Assembly (NCBI GenBank): GCA_009919985.1
Contig: RGAX01000001.1
Coordinates: 227 to 64,226, forward strand
Direction of reading: 5' to 3'
Length of the DNA stretch: 64,000 nucleotides
Source: Opitutaceae bacterium
GTDB lineage: Bacteria > Verrucomicrobiota > Verrucomicrobiia > Opitutales > Opitutaceae
The first letter of the stretch is position 1; the number at the start of each line of letters is the position of its first letter. The notes beneath the pieces were generated by a model. That model did no database searches. It saw only the letters and a program-made list of their open reading frames with translations, and was not told the origin of the DNA. Below are positions 22,383 to 31,324 of the stretch, in pieces. Made by a program: the position numbers and the translations under genes.

Positions 22383-23018
22383 ATGAAACTTACTGTTTTC
22401 AGTTCTGATGGCACGACCAGTCGCGAACAAGATTTCGCCGGTCTGCCCACCTTCGAAGGCGACAAGGGTATTCAAGCCCTGAAGGAAGTCATCGTCGCGA
22501 TCAACGCCAACAATCGTCAAGGCACCCACTCCACGAAGACTCGTGGCGAAGTGCGCGGCGGCGGCAAAAAGCCCTGGCGCCAAAAGGGCACCGGTCGTGC
22601 TCGTGCTGGCTCCATCCGCTCGCCCTTGTGGGTCGGTGGTGGTGTCGTGTTCGGCCCCAAGCCCCGCGATTACTCCAAGAAGATTAACGCTAAGGTTAAA
22701 GCGCTCGCTTTCAGCCGCGCCCTTTTTGACCGCGCTTCGGCCGGTGAAATCGCCGTGATCGAGAAATTCATCGCCGAAACCGGTAAAACCAAGGGTGTTA
22801 ACCAAATCCTCGGTCGCATCGCGCCCGCCGGTAAGGTGCTCCTCGTCGACGCCCCGTTCGCTCTGGGCACGGCTCGCGCCGCTCGCAATATCGAGCGCGT
22901 TTATCTCCAGGAAGCTGCCAAGCTCAACCCGGTTGACCTCGCGAAATACAAAAAAATTATTGTTAGCACCAAGGCGCTCGAAACCATCATCGCTCGCATC
23001 AACGGAGGTAAAAACTGA
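22383..23018 (+). CDS. rplD: 50S ribosomal protein L4
   Basis: [39 protein letters not shown]. Confidence 0.98.
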   Translation: MKLTVFSSDGTTSREQDFAGLPTFEGDKGIQALKEVIVAINANNRQGTHSTKTRGEVRGGGKKPWRQKGTGRARAGSIRSPLWVGGGVVFGPKPRDYSKKINAKVKALAFSRALFDRASAGEIAVIEKFIAETGKTKGVNQILGRIAPAGKVLLVDAPFALGTARAARNIERVYLQEAAKLNPVDLAKYKKIIVSTKALETIIARINGGKN

Positions 23019-23299
23019 TGAACGCCCATAACGTCCTTAAAACCGTTTTGCTCTCGGAAAAAGCCAACAAGCAATCCGCCGAGCTCGGTCAATACACGTT
23101 CGAGGTTTTCCCGAACGCTAATAAACATGCCATCGCCCTCGCGGTTGAAGAGACCTTCAAGGTCACCGTGCGTCGCGTGAACGTGCAAAACTACCGGGGC
23201 AAAAACAAAAAGAGCCGCCAAGGCCAGCCCAGCGTCACCTCCGACTTCAAAAAGGCGATCGTGACCCTCAAAGCCGGCGATAAGATCGAGCTCGTCTAA
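23018..23299 (+). CDS. rplW: 50S ribosomal protein L23
   Basis: 93 aa. FEVFPNANKHAIALAVEETFKVTVRRVNVQN. TGATG overlap with rplD. Confidence 0.97.
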   Translation: MNAHNVLKTVLLSEKANKQSAELGQYTFEVFPNANKHAIALAVEETFKVTVRRVNVQNYRGKNKKSRQGQPSVTSDFKKAIVTLKAGDKIELV

Positions 23300-23328
23300 A
23301 CCACGAACTCCCCAACGGAACCACCACC

Positions 23329-24195
23329 ATGGCTATTCACTCATTCCGCCCTCTCACGCCTTCCGGCCGTTTCACCTCGCTGAACAAGCGCGAAGGTCTC
23401 TCCAAGGAGCGTCCGCTGCGCGGCCTCACCACACCGATGAACAAGACTGGCGGCCGTAACGTATACGGTCGCGTCACCTCCCGCCATCGCGGCGGCGGTC
23501 ACAAACAGCTCTACCGCATCATCGATTTCAAGCGCGACATTCTCGACATGCCCGCCCGCGTGCAGGCCCTCGAGTATGATCCTAATCGCACTTCGAACAT
23601 CGCCCTGATCGCCTACACCAATGGCGAGAAGCGCTACATTTTGGCGCCCAACGGCCTCAAAGTCGGCGATACGATCTTCGCTTCGAACAAAGCTACGACC
23701 AACGATTTCAACGTCGGTAACAACTTCCCACTCGAGCTGATTCCGCCTTCCACCTTGCTGCATTGCGTCGAACTCGTGCCCACCCGGGGTGCAAAGATCG
23801 CCCGCTCCGCGGGTACCGCCCTTGAGCTGGTCGCCGTTGAAAATGGCGTCGCGCAGCTCAAGATGCCTTCCGGCGAACTGCGTGTGGTCAATGCCAAGTG
23901 CCGCGCCACCATCGGCGAAGTCGGCAATGGCGACCACAATAAACAATCTCTCGGCAAGGCCGGTCGTAGCCGTTGGCTCGGCCGCCGTCCGCACGTCCGC
24001 GGTATGGCGATGAACCCAGTCGACCACCCCAACGGTGGTGGTCAGGGTAAGTCCAAGGGTGGTGGTGGCCGTCAACAGCTCGTCTCCCCGTGGGGCCAGC
24101 TCGCGAAGGGTTTCCCAACGCGCCGCCGCTCCAAGCAGTCCAACAGCATGATCATTGTCCACCACAACGGCCGCAAGCCGCGTGGTCGGAAGTAA
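23329..24195 (+). CDS. rplB: 50S ribosomal protein L2
   Basis: 288 aa. RGMAMNPVDHPNGGGQGKSKGG. Confidence 0.98.
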   Translation: MAIHSFRPLTPSGRFTSLNKREGLSKERPLRGLTTPMNKTGGRNVYGRVTSRHRGGGHKQLYRIIDFKRDILDMPARVQALEYDPNRTSNIALIAYTNGEKRYILAPNGLKVGDTIFASNKATTNDFNVGNNFPLELIPPSTLLHCVELVPTRGAKIARSAGTALELVAVENGVAQLKMPSGELRVVNAKCRATIGEVGNGDHNKQSLGKAGRSRWLGRRPHVRGMAMNPVDHPNGGGQGKSKGGGGRQQLVSPWGQLAKGFPTRRRSKQSNSMIIVHHNGRKPRGRK

Positions 24196-24217
24196 GTAAC
24201 CCTACCTCCTTCGCACC

Positions 24218-24493
24218 ATGGCACGCTCCATCAAAAAAGGTTTCTTTGTCGATTACCACCTGCTCGAAAAAATCGAAAAGGCTGTTAAAACCGGCGCCAA
24301 GAAACCCATCCAGACTTGGTCCCGCCGCTCGACGATTACGCCCGATTTCATCGGCCACACGTTCAGCGTTCACAACGGCAAGGTTTTCACCGCCGTCTAC
24401 GTCACCGAAAATATGGTCGGCCACAAGCTCGGCGAATTCGCGCTCACCCGCGTGTTCAAGGGCCACGGTGGCATGACCCGCAAGGAAATCTAA
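24218..24493 (+). CDS. rpsS: 30S ribosomal protein S19
   Basis: [20 protein letters not shown]...[33 protein letters not shown]. Confidence 0.98.
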   Translation: MARSIKKGFFVDYHLLEKIEKAVKTGAKKPIQTWSRRSTITPDFIGHTFSVHNGKVFTAVYVTENMVGHKLGEFALTRVFKGHGGMTRKEI

Positions 24494-24507
24494 GGCCTAC
24501 GCTGACC

Positions 24508-24840
24508 ATGCGTCTTGTCTCCCACTTCATCGCCGGTTTCGCGCTCGCTGCGCTCGTGTTGTCCTCAACACGGGCTGCCGCTGCGCAGACCCCGCGCGCG
24601 GTCGTGGTCGTCTCGACGCAGGCGGCACGCTCGGCGGACTTGATTCTCTTGGATTCGGGTTACAACTCGGGCTTGCGCTCTGGGATGATCTGCCGCGTGA
24701 CCCGCGGCAACATCGCGGTCGGTGAGCTCGTTCTTGTTGACCTTCGCCCCCAAGCTGCGGCCGCACTCATCGTCGGCCTCCAGCCTCATCAAACCATCCG
24801 CGCCGGTGACCAAGTCGCCGTCAAAGTTCTCAAATCTTAA
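24508..24840 (+). CDS. Hypothetical exported small protein inserted between rpsS and rplV
   Basis: 110 codons from the ATG at 24508, which is in frame within track ORF 24316..24840 (its 5' part overlaps rpsS). Signal-like N-terminus MRLVSHFIAGFALAALVLSSTRAAAAQ. GC3-rich codons and a CCATG start context like its neighbours. Confidence 0.65.
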   Translation: MRLVSHFIAGFALAALVLSSTRAAAAQTPRAVVVVSTQAARSADLILLDSGYNSGLRSGMICRVTRGNIAVGELVLVDLRPQAAAALIVGLQPHQTIRAGDQVAVKVLKS

Positions 24841-24924
24841 TTCGTAAACCAACCCAAAGGGTAGGGTAGGGCTCAGGCCCCGCTACTATCGCCGATCCCA
24901 AGTCGGAATCCTCCTCAACCCACC

Positions 24925-25266
24925 ATGGAAGTCCAAGCCCTCACACGCTACGCGCGTATGTCACCTAAAAAGGTGCGCGAAGTAGCCCGCACCATTCAAG
25001 GCCGCAAGGCCGTTGAAGCTGTCGAATATTTGACGCTCATTCCGCGCAAGTCCGCGGCCCTGATCGTCAAAACGCTTAAGAGCGCCATCGCGAACGCGGA
25101 AAATAACAACAACCTCTCGGCTGATTCCCTCACCGTGAAAAGCGCCATCATTGAGAACGGTCCCGTCCTCAAGCGCTTCAAGGCCGGCGCTCGCGGTACC
25201 GCGATGCCCCGCCGCAAGAAGATGTCCCACATTCGTATCGTCCTCTCCGACGGAAACACCAACTAA
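24925..25266 (+). CDS. rplV: 50S ribosomal protein L22
   Basis: MEVQALTRYARMSPKKVREVARTIQGRKAVEAVEYL. Confidence 0.98.
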   Translation: MEVQALTRYARMSPKKVREVARTIQGRKAVEAVEYLTLIPRKSAALIVKTLKSAIANAENNNNLSADSLTVKSAIIENGPVLKRFKAGARGTAMPRRKKMSHIRIVLSDGNTN

Positions 25267-25275
25267 CTCACCACC

Positions 25276-25908
25276 ATGGGCCAAAAGACAAATCCTATCG
25301 GCTTCCGTCTCGCCGTTCGCCGCAACTGGCAGTCCCGCTGGTTTGCCACCAAGAAGGAATTCCCGAAGCTGCTCCTCGAAGACCAGCTCATCCGTGACTC
25401 GCTCATGGCGAAGCTGAAGCAGGCCTCCGTGCCTCGCATCTTCATCGAGCGCGCCTCGAACCGTGTCCGCGTCAAGATTTACACCGCGCGTCCTGGTATC
25501 GTCATCGGTCGCAAAGGCGCCGAAGTCGAAAACATCAAGGCCGACCTCGCCAAGTTGACGGGCAAAGAAATCCTGCTCGATATCCAAGAGGTCAAGAAGC
25601 CGGAGATCGAAGCCCAGCTAGTGGCCGAGAACGTAGCCCTCCAGCTTGAGCGCCGTATTGCTTTCCGCCGCGCCATGAAAAAGGCCGTCGAAATGGCCAT
25701 GGCCCTCGGCGCCGAAGGTATCCGTATCCAATGCTCCGGTCGTCTCGGCGGCACAGACATTGCTCGCCGCGAGTGGCAGCGCAAAGGCCGCGTGCCGTTG
25801 CACACCCTCCGCGAAAATATCGATTACGGCTTCTCCGAAGCCCTCACCCTCTACGGCAAGATCGGCGTCAAATGCTGGATCTGCAAAAAAGAAGAGCCCG
25901 CCACCTAA
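25276..25908 (+). CDS. rpsC: 30S ribosomal protein S3
   Basis: [24 protein letters not shown] with KH-domain sequence. Confidence 0.98.
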   Translation: MGQKTNPIGFRLAVRRNWQSRWFATKKEFPKLLLEDQLIRDSLMAKLKQASVPRIFIERASNRVRVKIYTARPGIVIGRKGAEVENIKADLAKLTGKEILLDIQEVKKPEIEAQLVAENVALQLERRIAFRRAMKKAVEMAMALGAEGIRIQCSGRLGGTDIARREWQRKGRVPLHTLRENIDYGFSEALTLYGKIGVKCWICKKEEPAT

Positions 25909-25948
25909 GCAGCTCTTAGTCCACGAAACAATTTAGGAGAAAACTCCC

Positions 25949-26371
25949 ATGGCTCTAGCACCCGCCCGCACCAAATTCCGCAAAGTGATGAAAGGCTCCC
26001 GCGCTGGCAATGCCAAGCGCGGCAACACTCTCGCATTCGGAGAATTCGGCCTCCAATCTCTGACCCGTGGTCCCATGACCGGCCAGCAGATCGAAGCCGC
26101 TCGCGTCACCATCTCGCGCCACCTCAAGCGCAAAGGAAAACTCTGGATTCGCGTATTCCCGCACAAGCCCGTCACCAAAAAGCCGCAAGAAGTGCGTATG
26201 GGTCAGGGTAAAGGTCCGGTCGAATACTACGTCGCCGTGATCAAGCCCGGTGCCGTCCTCTTCGAACTCGCCGGTGTCTCTGTCACCGTCGCCAAAGAGG
26301 CTTTCCGCCTCGCCGACGCCAAACTGCCCTTCCACTGCCGCTTCATCGTTCGCGATGGCGCCGCCGTTTGA
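25949..26371 (+). CDS. rplP: 50S ribosomal protein L16
   Basis: [30 protein letters not shown]...[15 protein letters not shown]. Confidence 0.98.
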   Translation: MALAPARTKFRKVMKGSRAGNAKRGNTLAFGEFGLQSLTRGPMTGQQIEAARVTISRHLKRKGKLWIRVFPHKPVTKKPQEVRMGQGKGPVEYYVAVIKPGAVLFELAGVSVTVAKEAFRLADAKLPFHCRFIVRDGAAV

Positions 26372-26401
26372 GGTTATAACCTTTAAACCACATTCGTCGC
26401 C

Positions 26402-26608
26402 ATGACCGCCAAAGAAATCAGCGCCCTCTCGCCTGCCGAGATCACCACCAAGCTCCGCGAGACCCGCGAGCAACTCCTCCAACTGCGTCTGCGCAAGCAG
26501 ACCGGCCAGGTCGAGAAGCCCCATCTGCTCCGCTCGTATCGTAAGGATATCGCGCGTCTTGAAACCGTTCTCACCGCCAAGAAGAAATCCGCCCCGGCTG
26601 CCGCTTAA
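26402..26608 (+). CDS. rpmC: 50S ribosomal protein L29
   Basis: 68 aa. [40 protein letters not shown]. Confidence 0.95.
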   Translation: MTAKEISALSPAEITTKLRETREQLLQLRLRKQTGQVEKPHLLRSYRKDIARLETVLTAKKKSAPAAA

Positions 26609-26637
26609 CGCGCCCTAGGCAATAACCCATTCCCGCC

Positions 26638-27000
26638 ATGTCATCCGCCACTCCCGGTTCGCGCAACACGCGCAAGACCATCATCGGATTCGTCACCAGT
26701 CGCTCTGGCGACAAGTCGATCAAGGTCACGATTCCCTACAAGACCCCGCACCCACTCTACCACAAGGTCATCAACCGCAAGACGGTTGTCCATGTGCACG
26801 ACGAGAAGAACGAGACCAAGGTCGGCGACAAGGTCGAGATCATGGAAACGCGCCCCCTCAGCCGCTTGAAGCGCTGGCGCATCGTCAGCGTGGTTCAGAG
26901 CGCTGTCACCACCGACGCCGTCGCTATCAGCGAAAATGACGTCGCCGCTCAAGTTCCCACCAAGACCACAGCGACCGCCCCGGCGGCCCCTAAGGCTTGA
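26638..27000 (+). CDS. rpsQ: 30S ribosomal protein S17 with a C-terminal tail
   Basis: GFVTSRSGDKSIKVTIPYKTPHPLYHKVINRKTVVHVHDE...ETRPLSRLKRWRIV, plus about 35 extra C-terminal residues. Confidence 0.96.
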   Translation: MSSATPGSRNTRKTIIGFVTSRSGDKSIKVTIPYKTPHPLYHKVINRKTVVHVHDEKNETKVGDKVEIMETRPLSRLKRWRIVSVVQSAVTTDAVAISENDVAAQVPTKTTATAPAAPKA

Positions 27001-27035
27001 TTCTAAATCCACCCCTTTAAATTACAGGAGATCCT

Positions 27036-27401
27036 ATGATCCAACTGCGTTCCATTCTCGAAGTCGCCGATAACACCGGCGCGCGCAAGGCTGCGATGAT
27101 CAGCAAAAAAGGCCAGATCACCACCACCGCCGGCGTCGGTGACGTGATCACCGTCCACATCAAGTCCAGCGCGACTGAAGCCACCGTTAAAAAAGGTGAA
27201 GTCGTTAAAGCCGTCGTCGTGCGCACCAAAGCTCCCGTCCGCCGCGCGGATGGCAGCTACCTTCGTTTCGACAGCAATGCCATCGTTATTATCGATGCGA
27301 CCAACAATCCCAAGGGCACCCGCATCTTCGGCCCCGTCGCCCGCGAACTGCGTGCGAAAAACTTCATGAAGATCATTTCCCTCGCTCCGGAGGTTCTCTG
27401 A
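27036..27401 (+). CDS. rplN: 50S ribosomal protein L14
   Basis: [18 protein letters not shown]... Confidence 0.98.
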   Translation: MIQLRSILEVADNTGARKAAMISKKGQITTTAGVGDVITVHIKSSATEATVKKGEVVKAVVVRTKAPVRRADGSYLRFDSNAIVIIDATNNPKGTRIFGPVARELRAKNFMKIISLAPEVL

Positions 27402-27403
27402 CC

Positions 27404-27679
27404 ATGGCCCTGAAATTCCACATCAAACGCAACGACCACGTCGTTGTCATCGCCGGCTCCCACAAAGGCAAGGAAGGCAAAGTACTCGAAGTCGTTGCCA
27501 CCAGCCAACGTGCCCGCATCGAAGGCGTCGCCATGATGAAGCGCCACTTGAAGAAATCCACCGAGCACCCCCAGGGTGCCATCGTCGAGCGTGAAGGCAC
27601 CGTCCACATCTCCAACTTGATGCTCAAGGCTGTGTTCGACGCCAGCAAACGCAAGAAACCCGCGCCCGCGGCCGCCTGA
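27404..27679 (+). CDS. rplX: 50S ribosomal protein L24
   Basis: KOW motif IKRNDHVVVIAGSHKGKEGKVLEV. Confidence 0.96.
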   Translation: MALKFHIKRNDHVVVIAGSHKGKEGKVLEVVATSQRARIEGVAMMKRHLKKSTEHPQGAIVEREGTVHISNLMLKAVFDASKRKKPAPAAA

Positions 27680-27784
27680 TCCATTGTGCGCTTGCCAATC
27701 CGGCGGCCCATCTGACCTACTGACCGTTTTTCCACCAAACACTCACCTTTACGCCACCGGGTCGGAAATCCGGTGACCCATTCC

Positions 27785-28348
27785 ATGAGCTACGTTCCCA
27801 CTCTCAAAAAAACCTATACCGAGCAGGTGTTCCCCGCGCTGATGAAAAGTCGCGGCTACACCAATAAACATCAGGTCCCCAAGATCCTTAAGGTCAGCCT
27901 GAATACCGGTATCGATGCCGAAGCCGACAAGAACCAAATCGCCGACATTCAGCGTGACCTCGGTGCTATCGCCGGCCAAAAGCCTGTCCTCACGAAATCG
28001 CGCAAGGCTATTTCGAATTTCAAACTCCGCGAAAACCAAGTCGTTGGCTGCCGCGTGACCCTCCGCGGTAACTCGATGTGGGAATTTCTCTATCGCTTGC
28101 TCGCCGTTTCGCTTCCCACCATCCGCGATTTTCGTGGCGTTCCCCCAAAGCTGGACGGCCAAGGCAACTACAATCTCGGCGTCAACGACTTCACCATCTT
28201 CCCAGAAATTACCGTCGAAAACGTGAAGAAGACCATGGGTCTGGATATCACTATCGTCACCACCGCCACCAACGACGACGAAGGCCGCGAGTTGTTGAAA
28301 CTGCTCGGCATGCCTTTCCGCCGCACCGAGGCCAAGACCGCCGCTTAA
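27785..28348 (+). CDS. rplE: 50S ribosomal protein L5
   Basis: [37 protein letters not shown] preferred the ATG at 27785 over the GTG at 27773. Confidence 0.96.
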   Translation: MSYVPTLKKTYTEQVFPALMKSRGYTNKHQVPKILKVSLNTGIDAEADKNQIADIQRDLGAIAGQKPVLTKSRKAISNFKLRENQVVGCRVTLRGNSMWEFLYRLLAVSLPTIRDFRGVPPKLDGQGNYNLGVNDFTIFPEITVENVKKTMGLDITIVTTATNDDEGRELLKLLGMPFRRTEAKTAA

Positions 28349-28359
28349 CCCTTACTGCC

Positions 28360-28665
28360 ATGCCTAAGACATCTGCTATCGAGCGCAACAAGAAGCGCAT
28401 CTCCCTCGTCGCCAAGCACGCCGTTAAACGCGCCGAGCTCAAGGCCACCCTAAACAATCCCGCCACCACCGACGAAGAATTCTTCGCCGCTTCCAAGAAG
28501 CTCCAGAAGATGCCGCGTAACGCCTCGGCTGTGCGCATCAAGAACCGTTGCTCCATGAGCGGCCGTCCTCGTGCCTTCATCCGGAAGTTTGGCGTGTCTC
28601 GTATCCAATTCCGCGAACTCGCTCTCGCCGGCAAAATCCCCGGCGTCACGAAATCTTCCTGGTAA
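28360..28665 (+). CDS. rpsN: 30S ribosomal protein S14 (long, 101-aa form)
   Basis: Internal ATG of ORF 28078..28665. [28 protein letters not shown]...[39 protein letters not shown]. Confidence 0.96.
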   Translation: MPKTSAIERNKKRISLVAKHAVKRAELKATLNNPATTDEEFFAASKKLQKMPRNASAVRIKNRCSMSGRPRAFIRKFGVSRIQFRELALAGKIPGVTKSSW

Positions 28666-28742
28666 TATTTTAATTGCCGGCGGGAGTTTGCGCGCTGCAA
28701 GCGCGTCGGATATGACCCGTCGGCCCCAAACCAACATCCACC

Positions 28743-29135
28743 ATGACCGACCCGATCAGTGATTTCACCACGCGTCTGCGCAACGCCAGCCAGGCACGTC
28801 TCGATGAGTGCGTTTCGCCGCATTCCAAACTCAAGGCCGCCATCGCAGCCATTCTAAAAGCCGAAGGTTATATCTCCGACTTCAAGGACGGCACCGACGC
28901 CCAAGGCCACAAAACTCTCGTCGTTAAGATGAAGTATGTGGATGGCGCTCCCGCCATCACCGCGATCAACCGCACGTCGACCCCCGGTCGCCGTATCTAT
29001 TCCTCCTACAGCGAAATTCCCCGCGTCCTCAACGGCCTCGGTATCGCCATTATTTCCACGTCGAAGGGCCTCATGAAGGACGCCGACTGTCGCCGCAATA
29101 AAGCCGGCGGCGAACTGATCTGCAACGTTTGGTAA
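28743..29135 (+). CDS. rpsH: 30S ribosomal protein S8
   Basis: MTDPISDFTTRLRNASQARLDE... Confidence 0.98.
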   Translation: MTDPISDFTTRLRNASQARLDECVSPHSKLKAAIAAILKAEGYISDFKDGTDAQGHKTLVVKMKYVDGAPAITAINRTSTPGRRIYSSYSEIPRVLNGLGIAIISTSKGLMKDADCRRNKAGGELICNVW

Positions 29136-29147
29136 CCCGCCCGCACC

Positions 29148-29684
29148 ATGAGCCGCATCGGCAAACAACCCGTTCTCATTCCCGACAAAGTTAAAGTCGG
29201 GATCACCAACACGACCGTCCTCATCGAGGGCCCCAAGGGCAAAGTCTCTAAGATTTTCGCTCCCGTCGTCAAAATCACCGTCGCTGACCAAAAAATCACC
29301 TTCGCTCCTACCGAAGAGTCGCGCTTCGCCAACGCCATGTATGGCACGGTGCGCTCGATCGTCGCCGGCATGGTCAAAGGCGTCACCGAAGGCTACAGTA
29401 AGGATCTCGAAATCCAAGGCGTCGGTTTCAAAGCCAACTTGAAGGGCAAGCAACTCGACCTCGCGCTCGGTTACTCGCACCCAATCCTCATGAACATCCC
29501 CGAAGGTATCAAAATTACCGTCGTCGATGGCACTAAGGTCAAAGTCGAAGGCTGCGACAAGCAGCTCGTCGGCGCCGTGACCGCTGAGATCCGTAGCTAT
29601 TACCCGCCCGAGCCCTACAAGGGCAAAGGTGTCCGTATCGTTGGCGAACGCGTCCGCCGCAAAGAAGGCAAGACCGTCGCCTAA
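29148..29684 (+). CDS. rplF: 50S ribosomal protein L6
   Basis: MSRIGKQPVLIPDKVKV...YYPPEPYKGKGVR. Confidence 0.98.
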   Translation: MSRIGKQPVLIPDKVKVGITNTTVLIEGPKGKVSKIFAPVVKITVADQKITFAPTEESRFANAMYGTVRSIVAGMVKGVTEGYSKDLEIQGVGFKANLKGKQLDLALGYSHPILMNIPEGIKITVVDGTKVKVEGCDKQLVGAVTAEIRSYYPPEPYKGKGVRIVGERVRRKEGKTVA

Positions 29685-29719
29685 TCCTCCTTCTAAACCA
29701 ACTTTCAGGGACCATACCC

Positions 29720-30082
29720 ATGAACACTATCTACAAAGCCCAGCTCCTCCAGAAACGTCGCTGGCGCATCCGCAAAAAGGTCGTCGGCACGGCGCTCCGC
29801 CCACGCCTCAGCGTCAAATTCAGCGGCCAAAACATCTACGCCCAAGCGATCAACGACGATCTCGGTACGACCTTGGTTTTCCTTGCGACCCTCGATCCCG
29901 AGATGCGCAAGCAAAAGCTCGGAGCCAACATCGCCGGAGCCAAAGCTCTCGCTACCGCCTTCGCGTTAAAAGCGAAGGCCGCCGGCATCACTTCCGTGGT
30001 GTTCGACCGCAGTGGTGCGCTCTACCATGGCAAGGTTAAAGCCTTCGCCGACACCGCCCGCGAGGGTGGCCTTGTATTCTAA
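29720..30082 (+). CDS. rplR: 50S ribosomal protein L18
   Basis: 120 aa. [21 protein letters not shown]...[27 protein letters not shown]. Confidence 0.97.
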   Translation: MNTIYKAQLLQKRRWRIRKKVVGTALRPRLSVKFSGQNIYAQAINDDLGTTLVFLATLDPEMRKQKLGANIAGAKALATAFALKAKAAGITSVVFDRSGALYHGKVKAFADTAREGGLVF

Positions 30083-30092
30083 TCCCGCGCCT

Positions 30093-30728
30093 ATGAGCAC
30101 TGAACCTGTTTCTCCCGTTCCCCCTTCTGATTCTGCCGCTCCCGCGGTTGCTCCAGCCCGTGCGGGCGAGCGCGGCCAACGCGGTCCCCGCCGTGATGGC
30201 CCCGGTGGCGGTGGCCCTCGCGGCCCCCGTCGTGATGACCGTAACAAGCCGACCCTGTCGGCCGACGGCACCGCGATGATCGAAAAAGTCGTCTTCATCA
30301 ATCGCTGCGCTAAGGTCGTCAAAGGTGGTCGCCGGTTCAGCTTCGCTGCACTCGCGGTCGTCGGCGACGGCAAGGGCAAAATTGGCATCGGCTACGGCAA
30401 GGCCAACGAAGTCCCAGACGCCATCAAGAAAGGCACCGCCAACGCCCACAAGCACATGGTCAGCGTGAAGCTCAAGGGCGACACGATTTCCCATGACGTC
30501 TTCGGCGAATACGATGGCGGCAAAGTTCTCCTTAAACCCGCTTCGCCCGGTACTGGTCTCATCGCCGGCGGCGGCGTACGCGCGGTCCTCGAAGCGGCGG
30601 GCGTTAAAAACGTCCTCACCAAGTCGATGGGTTCTAATAACCACATCGCCGTCGTGAACGCCACCCTCGCGGCCCTCCAACAACTCCGTACCGCCGAAGA
30701 CATCACGAGCGTGCGTAAGTCGGCTTAA
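30093..30728 (+). CDS. rpsE: 30S ribosomal protein S5 with an N-terminal Arg/Gly/Pro-rich extension
   Basis: Internal ATG of ORF 30012..30728. Core sequence [51 protein letters not shown]. Confidence 0.96.
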   Translation: MSTEPVSPVPPSDSAAPAVAPARAGERGQRGPRRDGPGGGGPRGPRRDDRNKPTLSADGTAMIEKVVFINRCAKVVKGGRRFSFAALAVVGDGKGKIGIGYGKANEVPDAIKKGTANAHKHMVSVKLKGDTISHDVFGEYDGGKVLLKPASPGTGLIAGGGVRAVLEAAGVKNVLTKSMGSNNHIAVVNATLAALQQLRTAEDITSVRKSA

Positions 30729-30798
30729 TTTAATCGTTACACATCCGAGTCCGGTCTCGCCCTCAGGCGGACCGGGCGCCCCCTAAACAGGAACTCCT

Positions 30799-31245
30799 AT
30801 GAAACTCCACGAACTCAAGAACGTTGTCGGTGCCATTCACCGCAAAAAGCGCGTCGGTTGCGGCGAAGGCGGCGGCCACGGCAAGACCTCTGGTCGCGGC
30901 GGCAAGGGCCAGACGGCCCGTTCCGGCGGCAGCATCCGTCCCGGCTTCGAAGGCGGTCAGATGCCCCTTTATCGTAAACTCCCGCACCGCGGTTTTAACC
31001 AAGCGGCTTTCCGCGTGGAACCGATCATTGTTAACGTCGGCGATCTCGCCCGTCTCGATGCCAAGATCTCCGAAGTTAACGTCACGGTACTGGCCAACGC
31101 GGGCCTTGTGCGTCACGACGAGAAATTCCTCAAAGTCCTCGGCGACGGTGAAATCACCCGCGCCCTCAAAGTGACCGCGTCGAAATTCTCTGAATCCGCC
31201 AAAGCCAAGATCGAAAAAGCCGGTGGCCAAGCCATCGTCGCCTAA
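30799..31245 (+). CDS. rplO: 50S ribosomal protein L15
   Basis: MKLHELKNVVGAIHRKKRVGCGEGGGHGKTSGRGGKGQTARSG. Confidence 0.98.
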   Translation: MKLHELKNVVGAIHRKKRVGCGEGGGHGKTSGRGGKGQTARSGGSIRPGFEGGQMPLYRKLPHRGFNQAAFRVEPIIVNVGDLARLDAKISEVNVTVLANAGLVRHDEKFLKVLGDGEITRALKVTASKFSESAKAKIEKAGGQAIVA

Positions 31246-31253
31246 TTCAAATT

Positions 31254-31287
31254 GAGCGCGCCTCCGGGCGCGCTCTTCTTGTCTTTT
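31254..31287 (+). terminator. Intrinsic-terminator-like hairpin between rplO and secY (candidate intra-operon attenuator)
   Basis: GAGCGCGCC-TCCG-GGCGCGCTC (9 bp perfect stem) followed by TTCTTGTCTTTT, 9 nt after the rplO stop. Confidence 0.5.
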
Positions 31288-31324
31288 CCCCAGTCCGCGT
31301 CCTCCAGTCCTTCGCCTCATCGCA

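Noticed and set aside
24316-24507. The 5' part of track ORF 24316..24840, which overlaps rpsS in another frame.
   Set aside because: This part overlaps the conserved S19 coding sequence and translates to Arg/Pro-rich nonsense. The sensible signal-peptide protein begins at the in-frame ATG at 24508.
24859-24877. GGGTAGGGTAGGGCTCAGG tract in the spacer before rplV, considered as a possible G-quadruplex or telomere-like repeat.
   Set aside because: It has only three GGG runs plus one GG, and only two and a half repeat units. That is insufficient for a confident G4 or repeat call.
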